From a virus (taxonomy: Duplodnaviria; Caudoviricetes), in IMG/VR virus record IMGVR_UViG_3300020593_000122, positions 1-49,131 of that record: a stretch of 49,131 bases of DNA; one strand, 5' to 3'. The notes beneath the pieces were generated by a model. It was not told where the DNA came from. It saw only the letters and a program-made list of their open reading frames with translations, and searched no databases. This document shows, piece after piece, positions 28,958 to 37,420 of this stretch; position 1 is the stretch's first letter, and every line of letters begins with the position of its first letter. A program made the position numbers and the translations under genes.

Positions 28958-28993
28958 AAATACAAAGGCCCCGGCGATTTCTCGCCTGGGGCC
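28958..28993 (-). terminator. Intrinsic terminator
   Basis: AGGCCCCAGGCGAGAAATCGCCGGGGCCT followed by TTGTATTT. Confidence 0.6.
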
Positions 28994-29059
28994 TGCTGAA
29001 GGGGTTGCCCCCGATACTCCATTCCGGCGCGCGTGCGAGACGGCTGACACTATTGGCGA

Positions 29060-29257
29060 CTAGGCTGGCCCAGCCACATCATCGACATGCCAGTTTCCCC
29101 TATCGTCCTTCCACACATTCTGGTTGAACTCGATCTGCACGAGTTCCGGACCGCGCTGCTTCGTCCGGTAAAACTCTAGCCCGCCCCCGAACGCGACTTT
29201 GCAGTCGGGGTCATGGGCCTTCAAATGTTCGATCAACATTCCCACGGTGATTGCCAT
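29060..29257 (-). CDS. Hypothetical protein (65 aa)
   Basis: AGGAGAGG RBS; MAITVGMLIEHLK start. Confidence 0.65.
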   Translation of the reverse strand: MAITVGMLIEHLKAHDPDCKVAFGGGLEFYRTKQRGPELVQIEFNQNVWKDDRGNWHVDDVAGPA

Positions 29258-29334
29258 TCGCCTCTCCTTTTCGACGCGAACAAGCATACCCCGGGGAGGC
29301 TGCGTTTAATTCCAGCCACATGACCGCTGAAATG

Positions 29335-29368
29335 CAAAAAGCCCGCTGCTTTCGCTGGCGGGCTTTTC
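29335..29368 (-). terminator. tR'-like terminator after the late promoter
   Basis: AAAAGCCCGCCAGCGAAAGCAGCGGGCTTTTT. Confidence 0.75.
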
Positions 29369-29404
29369 CTGGACGCACTGATACACCGTATCAGGAATAG
29401 GCGT

Positions 29405-29433
29405 ATTCTGCGTGCCTTTATCGCAACCGTCAA
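29405..29433 (-). promoter_or_regulatory. pR'-like late promoter
   Basis: TTGACG -17 bp- CAGAAT at the end of the Q-like gene, followed by a short leader and terminator. Confidence 0.65.
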
Positions 29434-30056
29434 GCAGTTTGTAGCTGCCCGACGATTCCCGCCTCGGTAAGCACGTACTCGGCCGCCTCCATTGCCAGCG
29501 CGTCACGGCCCGGCGTCGCCGCCCCCGTTCCCCGTCCGTTTTCCCCCAACAGCCAGCCTTTGAGGCGGGCGTTGTGGTTCGTCGCGGTGTTGGGCGCCAC
29601 GCCGACCTCTTTGGCGATGTCGCTGAGGTGCCGCGCGTCCAGGCTAAACAGCCGCATCAGCAATGCCAGCGTCAGCGGGCGATTGACGGTGCAGTTGCCC
29701 AGCGCCTCGCGCTCGGCGTAATCGGCCACAATGCGTAGTGCGCCCTGCCATTCGAGATTGGCTTGCTTTCCGCAGCAGCAGGGCGCGCCGCACTCGCAGA
29801 CCAGCTGCGGCGGCGCGAGTCGGGTAACCAGGATCGACTGGTACACCACGGGCAAGGTGGCCACACGGCGACGGATCATACCGGCCTGTGCCGCGCCGTC
29901 CAGACCGGACAAGCCAAGCCCCGAGGACGCCGCCTGCTTGCCAGCCAGGCGATTCATCAGCGGCCGGTCGTACTGCTGCATGTTGAAGTTGAACGCGAAC
30001 ACCAGAGCCGCATGGGCGCTGGTGAACAGGGGAGAATTGCTGGCGGTGTCGTTCAC
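29430..30056 (-). CDS. Putative late regulator (Q-like antiterminator)
   Basis: AGGAG + GTG start; LF.SAHAAL.FAF, GL.GLDGAAQAGMI, CxCxxxCCC and C-terminal HTH; last early gene before the late promoter. Confidence 0.7.
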   Translation of the reverse strand: MNDTASNSPLFTSAHAALVFAFNFNMQQYDRPLMNRLAGKQAASSGLGLSGLDGAAQAGMIRRRVATLPVVYQSILVTRLAPPQLVCECGAPCCCGKQANLEWQGALRIVADYAEREALGNCTVNRPLTLALLMRLFSLDARHLSDIAKEVGVAPNTATNHNARLKGWLLGENGRGTGAATPGRDALAMEAAEYVLTEAGIVGQLQTA

Positions 30057-30156
30057 GGGCGCGCTCCTGCTCGGTTGCATTTCGATTGTGATTCCGGGGC
30101 CCGCTGCACGGCGCGCCCCACTCCATGAGGTTGATAGGTATCCTGCGTTCGTTCTT

Positions 30157-30306
30157 TCAGCCGGCCGCCACGGGCAGCCCGCGCCGCTCCGCCCAGGCGC
30201 GGTACGCCTCGTCAAGGGTGCGCCGCGGGCTCGGGCCGACCCTGCTGCACCAGACCAGCCAGACGCCATTCTCGAAGCGCGCGCGCGGTTTTTGCACGAT
30301 GGTCAT
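30157..30306 (-). CDS. Small hypothetical protein (49 aa), not in the ORF track
   Basis: MTIVQKPRARFENGVWLVWC...AYRAW; ATGA overlap with the RusA-like stop. Confidence 0.55.
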   Translation of the reverse strand: MTIVQKPRARFENGVWLVWCSRVGPSPRRTLDEAYRAWAERRGLPVAAG

Positions 30307-30677
30307 GCGATGTCTCCCAGCTGCACAATCGTCACCCGGACCATGCCGCCCTTCACCTTCTCCGCCAGCACGGGCGGGGCAAAGTGAAATCCCTGATCAT
30401 CCATACCCAGGGCATCGGCGATGCCATCCGTACCGGACTTCATACGCGCCGCCAGGTTGTCGCGGTCGTAGCGCAAGGCGGCCGGCGGATGGAACGTGTA
30501 GGCCAGCTGGATGGCGCCGTGAAACCTGTTGAACCCCTCGACGTGGCGCAATGCTTTGCGGGCCAGCACGCGCGCCGCGGCGCGGTAGCTCTTCTTCGCG
30601 CGAAAGATGGGCACCCAGTGCCCGCGGAAGTTCGGGCTGAGCTCCTTCGGGGGCCATGGCAATTGAATCTCGATCAT
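30303..30677 (-). CDS. RusA-like Holliday junction resolvase
   Basis: LPWPPKELSPN, DRDNL...K...DGIADALG.DD, GG.VRVTI motifs. Confidence 0.88.
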   Translation of the reverse strand: MIEIQLPWPPKELSPNFRGHWVPIFRAKKSYRAAARVLARKALRHVEGFNRFHGAIQLAYTFHPPAALRYDRDNLAARMKSGTDGIADALGMDDQGFHFAPPVLAEKVKGGMVRVTIVQLGDIA

Positions 30678-30697
30678 GTCGTGTTCGCCCTGGTAGG

Positions 30698-31615
30698 TCA
30701 CAGGCACAGCCCGAAATCGGCGCGGGCCCGCGCTTTCTGCTCGTCCGTCAGCCCGGAAGCGGCCACCACGCGCAGCTTGAACGCCGGCGCTGCCTCCCCC
30801 TCGGCCTGGCGCAGCTTCAGGCGCTCGCCCTGGGCCACAATGCCCGACCAGGTGCGCAACCAGCCCAGGTCGTCGCCATCCGCCCCCTCGGCGCCCCCGT
30901 GGCCGTCCTTGGCCTTGTCCATCCAGGACGCCCGAAAGCCTGCCCAGGAGTTTTCCGCCGAAATGCGCACGGCCTCGCCTGCCGGTATCCCGGCTTTCGC
31001 GGCCTCGCCCTTCACCAGCTCCCACGCCGTGGCGGTCAGCGGCTGCCGCTTTTCCTTGCGGACCTTCAGCCAGTCCTGGGCATGCTGGCGTTCCACACCC
31101 TCGGCAACCAGTTCACGCACCCCCAGGGCTGCCGGCAGCTTGCCCGTCCCCTGCTCTGCGGTTCCGGGGTTGGGTTTGGCTTTCGACTGGGTTTCGGACA
31201 CACCAGGCGCGCCAGCGCCCCCCTGACGGTTCCTTGTTGGTTCTTCTTTGGGTTCTATTACGGTTCTGGGTGCAGATGCTGCGGGGGTGGGGTGCAGATG
31301 CTGCGGGGGTGGGGGTGCAGATGCTGCGGGGGTGGGGTGCATTTCCTGCGGGGGTGCAAATGTCGCGGGGGTGACGGTGTACATGGTCGACCGTCCGGTA
31401 CGCCCGCTCGCAGAAATGGCACCATGCTTGATCAGCCACTTGATGGCGTCCTGAACGGCACGCTCCGACAGGCAGGTGCGCTCGACCATGCGCGCCACAG
31501 AGGGCCAGCAAACGCCTTCATCGTTGGCGTTGTCCGCCAAGCTCATCAGCACGGCCTTTTGCGCCGGTGTCTTTGTCTGCAACGGCCAGCAGGCCGACAT
31601 AACGATGGTGCTCAT
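30698..31615 (-). CDS. Replication initiator (O-like, N-terminal HTH)
   Basis: KAVLMSLADNANDEGVCWPSV..M..RTCLSERAVQ motif; internal iterons. Confidence 0.88.
   Translation of the reverse strand: MSTIVMSACWPLQTKTPAQKAVLMSLADNANDEGVCWPSVARMVERTCLSERAVQDAIKWLIKHGAISASGRTGRSTMYTVTPATFAPPQEMHPTPAASAPPPPQHLHPTPAASAPRTVIEPKEEPTRNRQGGAGAPGVSETQSKAKPNPGTAEQGTGKLPAALGVRELVAEGVERQHAQDWLKVRKEKRQPLTATAWELVKGEAAKAGIPAGEAVRISAENSWAGFRASWMDKAKDGHGGAEGADGDDLGWLRTWSGIVAQGERLKLRQAEGEAAPAFKLRVVAASGLTDEQKARARADFGLCL
31268..31372. repeat. Replication origin iterons
   Basis: Three copies of GGGTGCAGATGCTGCGGGGGT plus two degenerate copies inside the initiator gene. Confidence 0.85.
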
Positions 31616-31622
31616 GAAAATC

Positions 31623-32366
31623 CTATGCGTAGGCGGGGGCGGCCGTCGGTGTGTAGCTCGCCAGCGCGGTGCCGGCCTGGCCATAGCGGCGCTGCAGCCA
31701 CACCTGGCCCTTGCCCGTAACCAATGTCTTGAATGAAACGTGGACCTGGCCCTCTCCGTCACGCCAGGGCATCTCGATCAGGCGGAAATAGCCGCGGTCG
31801 ATGTATGCCTGGTACGGCTTGTTGTCCTCCAGCAGGATCCCGTCGGCGCGCAGGCGGCTGAACAGGCGGTTCTGGCCCGTTCCTAACAGCTTGGCCATGG
31901 CGCCCACACTGATCGCGTCCACGGTGGCGCGCACGGCCTCCGCGAATTCGACCTTCGGCTGCTGGTCCGCCAGCTGCCGCCGCTGTCGTTCGATTTCCTC
32001 CTGCTGTTCAGCGGCCAGGCGCAGGGCAGAGGCGAAGGTCTTCGGGACGCTCACCGCCCCCGTGTTCATGACATCGAAGGCGCGGATCACCCGCAGCTGG
32101 AAGCCCGGGCTGATCCACATGGCGTAGGCGTAGACCAGCTCGCGGACGACGAACGTGCCAAGTCCTTGTTTTGAATCGATTCCTCGGATCTGAGGAATCT
32201 CGCCGGCCTGCAGCTCGGCGACCAGTTCCTGGGTATGTTGGAGCCGCAGCCAGTTGGCCGGCTGGTGCCGGGGCTCGCCGCCGGCGGCGCGGTGCAGGTC
32301 ATTCAGGCTGAACCGCCCTTCCGCGTCCTGGCGGATTGCATTTGCTCCGATATAGAGTTCGTTCAT
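31623..32366 (-). CDS. Antirepressor (KilA-N + KilAC/ANT domains)
   Basis: GRFSLNDLHRAAG, YAYAMWISP.F, FA.ALRLAAE, PKVEFA, KPYQ.YIDRGYF, VTGKGQ. Confidence 0.92.
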   Translation of the reverse strand: MNELYIGANAIRQDAEGRFSLNDLHRAAGGEPRHQPANWLRLQHTQELVAELQAGEIPQIRGIDSKQGLGTFVVRELVYAYAMWISPGFQLRVIRAFDVMNTGAVSVPKTFASALRLAAEQQEEIERQRRQLADQQPKVEFAEAVRATVDAISVGAMAKLLGTGQNRLFSRLRADGILLEDNKPYQAYIDRGYFRLIEMPWRDGEGQVHVSFKTLVTGKGQVWLQRRYGQAGTALASYTPTAAPAYA

Positions 32367-32662
32367 CCGTGATTCCTCTCGGTGGGCGGCGCCTTCACGC
32401 GGCGCCAGTACTGACGGTTAAGCCAGGTTCCGGTCGGCTCGATCCGGCCGGCCTTGGCTTCTCGCCATAACAGGTCTTCAGCGGCCGCCTCGGCCGCCTG
32501 CTTGATGGTCATGCCAGGCCATGCGTCCTTCGATTGGCGGATGTGGGGAGCCATCGCCCGCCCGATCGGCGTCGCCGGGAATGAGCGTGTCTGCTCGGCG
32601 ATGGCATCGCGCCCGGCCCGCAGCGCGCGCTCGGATATCCGGTAGCCCATGATCGTCAACAT
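32363..32662 (-). CDS. Hypothetical protein (99 aa)
   Basis: Overlap-coupled within the early rightward operon. Confidence 0.6.
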   Translation of the reverse strand: MLTIMGYRISERALRAGRDAIAEQTRSFPATPIGRAMAPHIRQSKDAWPGMTIKQAAEAAAEDLLWREAKAGRIEPTGTWLNRQYWRRVKAPPTERNHG

Positions 32663-33027
32663 GCAGCTGCCCCCGGGATGGGATAGCTGCACGCGCGCAT
32701 GGCTTCCGGCGGCACGGCCCGGCCGCACGCCAGCAGGAACCGGATGCAGTGGCGCAACAGGTCGAGCTGCGTGCCGTACCGCTGCTCGAATCGGGCTTTC
32801 CAGGGGTGGACAGCGATCAAGCCCGGTGCGCCTGTTCCGTCCTGGTGGTGGCCGGCGCACAGCGGCAGCACCAACCAGTGCGCCCAGGGCTTCGTACGGC
32901 CATCGATGTGATGCACGCTCACCCAGTTGGTGAACACGCCATGCACCCGGCACGCCGCGCACCCGACGAACTGGCACAGATCGTCATGGAATCGCTTCTG
33001 CTCGGCCGTGGGGGTTGTGCCTTTCAT
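32656..33027 (-). CDS. Ref-family HNH-type recombination enhancement nuclease
   Basis: GCAACR...HHIDGRTKP.AH..VLPLCAGHHQ...AVHPWKARFE.RYGTQ. Confidence 0.85.
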   Translation of the reverse strand: MKGTTPTAEQKRFHDDLCQFVGCAACRVHGVFTNWVSVHHIDGRTKPWAHWLVLPLCAGHHQDGTGAPGLIAVHPWKARFEQRYGTQLDLLRHCIRFLLACGRAVPPEAMRACSYPIPGAAAC

Positions 33028-33296
33028 CGGTGCTGCCCCTCCAGCCACGACAGGAACGGCCGGCGCACGCGCAGGTGGAACAGCGCGGCAGCCTTGTCGC
33101 TCTGGTCCAGTTGGGCCCGGCTCGATACCCCGCACTGCTGGCGGACGAATTGGGCGGCCAGCCCTTCCCGGGACAGCACAGGCGCGCGGTCCAGCAGCGC
33201 GGTCGCGGCCGGTTGGGCCATGACCCACCGCTGAAAATCCGCACGGCCGCACAGAATGCCCGCCAGGCGCGCAAGGCCGCTCGTCATACCGCTCAT
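33024..33296 (-). CDS. Conserved phage hypothetical protein (90 aa)
   Basis: LAGILC...DFQRW...CGVSSRAQLD....AA.FH..VRRPF motif. Confidence 0.7.
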   Translation of the reverse strand: MSGMTSGLARLAGILCGRADFQRWVMAQPAATALLDRAPVLSREGLAAQFVRQQCGVSSRAQLDQSDKAAALFHLRVRRPFLSWLEGQHR

Positions 33297-33814
33297 GCCG
33301 CCTCGCCCTGCCCCGCCGCGCGCATCACATTGCGCTGCAGGCGCTGAGCCTTTTCGATGATCTTCTGACACTCGGCGAAGATGTCGGAGGCGTCGCGCTC
33401 CGAAATGTCGTTGTCGGCCGTGGCCTCGACCGCGACGGCCGACAGCGTGCCGTTCAGGCTGGACAGCTCCATGACCTTGGTGCGGACCGCGTCGACTTCG
33501 TTGGGGTGGTGTGGCGCCGGCGGCAGGATGTTGGCGGAGACGCCCAGGCTGACGCACAGGGCAATCAGCCAGTCATGGGCGTATTCCGCGCCCCCCTCCT
33601 TCTCCAGCATCCATTCGGTTGCCAGCCGGAACAGGGGCAACGACATGGATTGCCCCTTCACTTGCCGCATCTTTTGGCGCAGGGTTTCGGGGTGGATGGA
33701 CACGCCGCGGCGATTGGACAGAAAGGCGGCCAGGTCTTCAACGCCCCCAGGCGTGCGCATGACCCCAATGTAAAGGGCGTCGTGCGGGTCAATCTGGTTG
33801 TATCGGCAGGTCAT
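33293..33814 (-). CDS. CII-like regulatory protein
   Basis: DALY...R.PGGVE.LA..L, L.QK and AD..I...E motifs; downstream of cro. Confidence 0.75.
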   Translation of the reverse strand: MTCRYNQIDPHDALYIGVMRTPGGVEDLAAFLSNRRGVSIHPETLRQKMRQVKGQSMSLPLFRLATEWMLEKEGGAEYAHDWLIALCVSLGVSANILPPAPHHPNEVDAVRTKVMELSSLNGTLSAVAVEATADNDISERDASDIFAECQKIIEKAQRLQRNVMRAAGQGEAA

Positions 33815-33895
33815 GGGGCACCTTGGATTGCGGAATGTTTCAGGGTTTCGGCCATACCCCGCCGTCGATAGGATGCGAGGTATGGAAAATCCAAT

Positions 33896-34093
33896 TCAGG
33901 AGATATCGGTCGGGCCGATTTGGATGGCATCGGGTGCCGGGGGCGTCGTCGTGTCGCCTGGGACGTGCGGCGTAGGCAGGCCGAAAAAATCGCCGAAAAA
34001 ATCGCAAATGCTGGCCACGGAGAACAGCTCGACCTCGGTGCCATCTTCAAGAACGACCCAGAGCCGATCAGCAATAAATCGCTCAACCTGCAT
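33896..34093 (-). CDS. Small hypothetical protein (65 aa)
   Basis: GAGGAG RBS, start overlaps the end of cro. Confidence 0.5.
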   Translation of the reverse strand: MQVERFIADRLWVVLEDGTEVELFSVASICDFFGDFFGLPTPHVPGDTTTPPAPDAIQIGPTDIS

Positions 34094-34337
34094 GGGCGGC
34101 TCCTCTCTGCATCGAAACCGCCGGCAGGGAAACGCCCCCGTCCGGCCCGAAGATGTGATCGAACGTCAGCCGCAGCCCTCGCTCCGCAGCGAACTCGATC
34201 AGGCGCCGCGCTGCGTCGAGCGACGGAGGTTGACCATGCTCGTAGAGCGACACGTTTCCCTGGGTCACGCCCATGCCGGCGGCGAGAGCCGCCTGGGTCA
34301 GGCCGAGGTGCAATCGGATAGCGCGGATGTTGTTCAT
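34083..34337 (-). CDS. cro: Cro-like HTH regulator
   Basis: IR..LGLTQAALA..MGVTQGNVS.YE.G HTH; divergent from cI. Confidence 0.9.
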   Translation of the reverse strand: MNNIRAIRLHLGLTQAALAAGMGVTQGNVSLYEHGQPPSLDAARRLIEFAAERGLRLTFDHIFGPDGGVSLPAVSMQRGAAHAG

Positions 34338-34343
34338 GCCGAA

Positions 34344-34413
34344 ATATTAGTCGGACTGTTTTAATCGGTCAACAGTCGGACTAATTGCGCATTATTAGCC
34401 GTCCTCATATCGT
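34344..34413. promoter_or_regulatory. OR region: PR, PRM and three 15-bp operators
   Basis: ATTAGTCGGACTGTT (34346), AACAGTCGGACTAAT (34371), degenerate ATTAGCCGTCCTCAT (34394); PR on minus TTGACC-17-TAATAT; PRM TTGCGC-17-TATCGT. Confidence 0.85.
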
Positions 34414-34419
34414 TGCGCC

Positions 34420-35154
34420 ATGCCTGCCCAACCGCTAAGCCCCGCTCAGAAAGCTGACGCCGCCCGACTGAATGCCTTCTATGAAGAATGGAAGTCCAGC
34501 CGGAAAAGTCAGGGTCTGCCCGCGTCTCAAGAAGTCGCCGCAAGCCTGCTGGGCTTCTCCACGCAAAGCGCTGTGAGCCAGTACGTCCGCGGAAACATCC
34601 CGCTGAATGTCCGCGCGCTCATCAAGTTTGCTGAGTTGTTCGGCCGCCAGCCTGCCGAGATTAGCCCCGACCTGGCCAAGGAAATCAAAAAGATCGCGGC
34701 GGTGACAAGAGAGGAAATCGACCTCGACACCAGCCCTGACACCATCAGGGTCCGCAAGGTGATTTTCAAGATCAGCGCCGGAATCGCCGGCTTCGCGGTG
34801 GACTTCCTCGACAATGGCGAAGGTACACCGCTGTTCTTCCCGAAATCGTGGGCGGATAAAAAGCACCTGAATCCCACCAAGCTCTACGCCACCCGAGTGT
34901 CTGGCTCAAGCATGGCGCCCACGATCCTGCCCTCCGATGTGATCATCGTGAACACTGCAGACACGAAGCGCGCCAAGGAAGCGGTGTGTGCTGTAAACCA
35001 CGAAGGCGAATTCACGGTCAAACGTCTTAAGTACGACCTCCGGCGCTGGTGGCTCTATTCCGATAACCCGGACCAAAAGTCCTACCCGCCGACTGAATGC
35101 ACCGATGGAACGTACATCTTGGGGCGGGTTGTCCATATGCATCGCGATCTCTGA
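34420..35154 (+). CDS. cI: CI repressor (HTH + S24 autocleavage domain)
   Basis: SQEVAA.LLG.STQSAVSQY HTH, SAG cleavage site, GSSMAP Ser and TVKRL Lys. Confidence 0.95.
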   Translation: MPAQPLSPAQKADAARLNAFYEEWKSSRKSQGLPASQEVAASLLGFSTQSAVSQYVRGNIPLNVRALIKFAELFGRQPAEISPDLAKEIKKIAAVTREEIDLDTSPDTIRVRKVIFKISAGIAGFAVDFLDNGEGTPLFFPKSWADKKHLNPTKLYATRVSGSSMAPTILPSDVIIVNTADTKRAKEAVCAVNHEGEFTVKRLKYDLRRWWLYSDNPDQKSYPPTECTDGTYILGRVVHMHRDL

Positions 35155-35230
35155 TCGCCAACCAGAGAAAACAACATGTAACTTCTGTTTTCTGGTATCG
35201 TTTGCCAGTCTTTTGCGAAACTGCTGCAAA

Positions 35231-36028
35231 ATGTTAGATAAAATTACAGCAGTCGGATTCCAGGGATCAGTGGGAACCGGCCGCACGCGCCCCAGCCGAC
35301 TGGAATGCGAACGTGAAAACGGCGAGATCGTAGAGGTGGTCGCAAAATGCTCTGCCGGCACCATGGAACGCGAAAAAAACCTAGCGATCGAAGCCATTGC
35401 GGCCATGTTGGCTGCAGACTTAGGTCTGCCGGTTCCCGAGCCATTTATCGTGGAACTGACACCGGAGTTCGTCGAGGTATTGCGGCCATGGCCTGAGGTG
35501 TATGAACAGATGAAGGCGAGCTGCCGCTTCGCCTTTGGGACTGTCCATCTTCCGGCGGGCTTCGCCGTGTGGGCCAAAGGACAGCCTGTGCCACCGGAAT
35601 TGTCGCAGCAAGCTGCCGAAATATTCACATTCGACGGGATCATCATCAACAGCGACAGGCGGCCGGGCAATCCGAACTGCTTATTCTCAGGCCAACAGAT
35701 CGCCATCATTGATCACGAACTTAGCTTTGCCTCGGATCAAGTTTTGTTCTGGCGCGAACCCTGGGTCGAGGGCGGCTTCGAGGGTTACGCATCAGCCGAC
35801 GTTCACATTTTTGCGAAGCCAAATCTGACCCAGTGCCCTGAGAATCTGAATCGATTCGTGGACGCATGGAAAACCCTACCGCATTCGCGTTTTGACCAGT
35901 ATTTCGACGCTATTCCCATAGAATGGCAACAGCCAGCAACGTTTAGAGAAAGACTTGTCGGCTATCTTTGCGACGTCCAAGCCAACATTGACGAAGTGGT
36001 CCGCGGTTCTTTAGGGGTACTTCAATGA
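35231..36028 (+). CDS. HipA-like Ser/Thr kinase (265 aa)
   Basis: G.T.P loop, VVAK, E...A.LA..LGLPVPEP, FD..I.NSDRR..NPN catalytic loop, IIDHE motif. Confidence 0.88.
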   Translation: MLDKITAVGFQGSVGTGRTRPSRLECERENGEIVEVVAKCSAGTMEREKNLAIEAIAAMLAADLGLPVPEPFIVELTPEFVEVLRPWPEVYEQMKASCRFAFGTVHLPAGFAVWAKGQPVPPELSQQAAEIFTFDGIIINSDRRPGNPNCLFSGQQIAIIDHELSFASDQVLFWREPWVEGGFEGYASADVHIFAKPNLTQCPENLNRFVDAWKTLPHSRFDQYFDAIPIEWQQPATFRERLVGYLCDVQANIDEVVRGSLGVLQ

Positions 36029-36870
36029 CTCGCTCGCCATACACCTATTCACTACTCCGCTACTATCACGACATCACCTCCGGGGAATTCGTGTGCGTCG
36101 GTGTAGCGGTACATTCCGCTATGGAGCGCGCTGTCCGATTCAAGCTTCGGCCCAGCCTTGGCCGATTTGGCGACCTCCTCGACGACGACCGCGCGGCGAA
36201 TTTCCGTACGATGCTCAAATACATCCAGGCTCGCACGAAGGCTGTGGCGGATGAATCTACCGGTCTGAACCTGAAAGCACGTTATGGTTCACTGGAGGAC
36301 GCACTGCGCGAAGTGTTCCCACGTGACGATAGTGCTCTGCAATGGAGTGAACCGAAGTCCGGCCTATCGAGTGATATTGAGCGAACTGTCGAGCGCCTGT
36401 ACGACCGATACTGCGCGAAATATGATCGCAAGCAGCAACACGCTGGCAAGAGCGACACCGACGCATGGCGCTCCTTCAAGCTCAAGCTCGCCGACAGAAA
36501 CATGCTCGAATTCTTTGATGAGAAGAAAATCGAAGGTAAGAGCGATGAGGTCAGCTTCCCTTTTGCCTGGAAAAACGGGGTTTGGCATTGCATCGAGCCC
36601 ATTTCGCTGGATCTGGCCAAAGCCGAGCAGTTACGCGCCAAGGTGCACAAGTGCGCCGGCGAGATCGTTGGAATTCGAGACGCCGAGGAAGACTTTGCGG
36701 TCTATTTTATTGTGAGCCGCCCCCAGCGCTCGGCACTAGATGAGGCATTTGAGAAAGCGCTCGGCGTACTCAAGAACATCCCGCACCGGGTTGAAGTGTA
36801 CGAGGAAGGGAACGAATCACCCCTGCTTGATCGGCTCACGGAGCAGATCGCGCAACATCCTTTGCATTGA
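36025..36870 (+). CDS. DUF3037-like protein with nuclease-fold-like C-terminus (281 aa)
   Basis: YTYSLLRYYHD...GEFVCVGV N-terminal motif; FAWKNG.WHCIEPISLD; ATGA overlap with the kinase. Confidence 0.82.
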   Translation: MTRSPYTYSLLRYYHDITSGEFVCVGVAVHSAMERAVRFKLRPSLGRFGDLLDDDRAANFRTMLKYIQARTKAVADESTGLNLKARYGSLEDALREVFPRDDSALQWSEPKSGLSSDIERTVERLYDRYCAKYDRKQQHAGKSDTDAWRSFKLKLADRNMLEFFDEKKIEGKSDEVSFPFAWKNGVWHCIEPISLDLAKAEQLRAKVHKCAGEIVGIRDAEEDFAVYFIVSRPQRSALDEAFEKALGVLKNIPHRVEVYEEGNESPLLDRLTEQIAQHPLH

Positions 36871-36876
36871 CCATCC

Positions 36877-36905
36877 AGCGGCCCATCAACGGGCCGCTTT
36901 CGTTT
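36877..36905 (+). terminator. Terminator after the cI-kinase-DUF3037 genes
   Basis: AGCGGCCC-ATCAAC-GGGCCGCT followed by TTCGTTT. Confidence 0.65.
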
Positions 36906-37244
36906 GGACGAGGGTACATTCGATCATCAGCGGCCCACGCACCCGCTGATCCAGTCTGGCAAAACCTTGTTTGCCCTGCTGCAGGTGTGCGAGCACCTCA
37001 CGAGAGCGTATCAGGCCAACTCGGCGCCGGCCATGCGCGCCCACGTTGACGTAAAGCGCAGCCTGACCGAGACCAGGCTCAAGTCCTAACTGCACCCGCC
37101 CGCTTCGCTCGGCGTCCGCAAGGGCGTCACTGTCCACGTGCTCCAGCGGCGCCACAACCAACTCCGTATGTAACAACTTTATGCCTCCTGCAAGGGAACG
37201 ATAGCGCGGGCGGGCGTGATGGCGCAACCGGTTCCCCCAAAATT

Positions 37245-37286
37245 ATTAGTACGACTGTTGACACAGACAAACAGTCCGACTAATAT
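37245..37286 (+). promoter_or_regulatory. PL promoter with OL operators
   Basis: TTGACA (37258) -17- TAATAT (37281); ATTAGTACGACTGTT and AACAGTCCGACTAAT match the OR operators. Confidence 0.88.
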
Positions 37287-37408
37287 TTCTCCATGCACTG
37301 CTTGTTTGCAGTGCCAGCAACAACCCCTCGGACCCGCAGCCAGCAGTCAGGGCATCGCCTCAAGCGGGAGACGTACCGCCACGAAGTCGGATAGGGGAAG
37401 GCGAACAA

Positions 37409-37420
37409 CGCTCTTTAAAA
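37409..37420 (+). promoter_or_regulatory. boxA antitermination element
   Basis: CGCTCTTTAAAA in the PL leader matches the lambdoid/rrn boxA consensus. Confidence 0.75.

Noticed and set aside
29378-29394. Second LexA box
   Set aside because: Spacing is CTG-N11-CAG rather than N10; better explained as a leader hairpin
31268-31372. CRISPR-like repeat array
   Set aside because: No spacers, lies inside the initiator ORF, and fits origin iterons
35161-35196. Inverted repeat between cI and the kinase as a terminator
   Set aside because: AT-rich stem with a large loop and no clear U-tract; role undetermined
36886-37227. ORFs between the DUF3037 terminator and PL (61 aa on plus, 113 aa on minus)
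   Set aside because: No convincing RBS or motif; cannot be supported as genes
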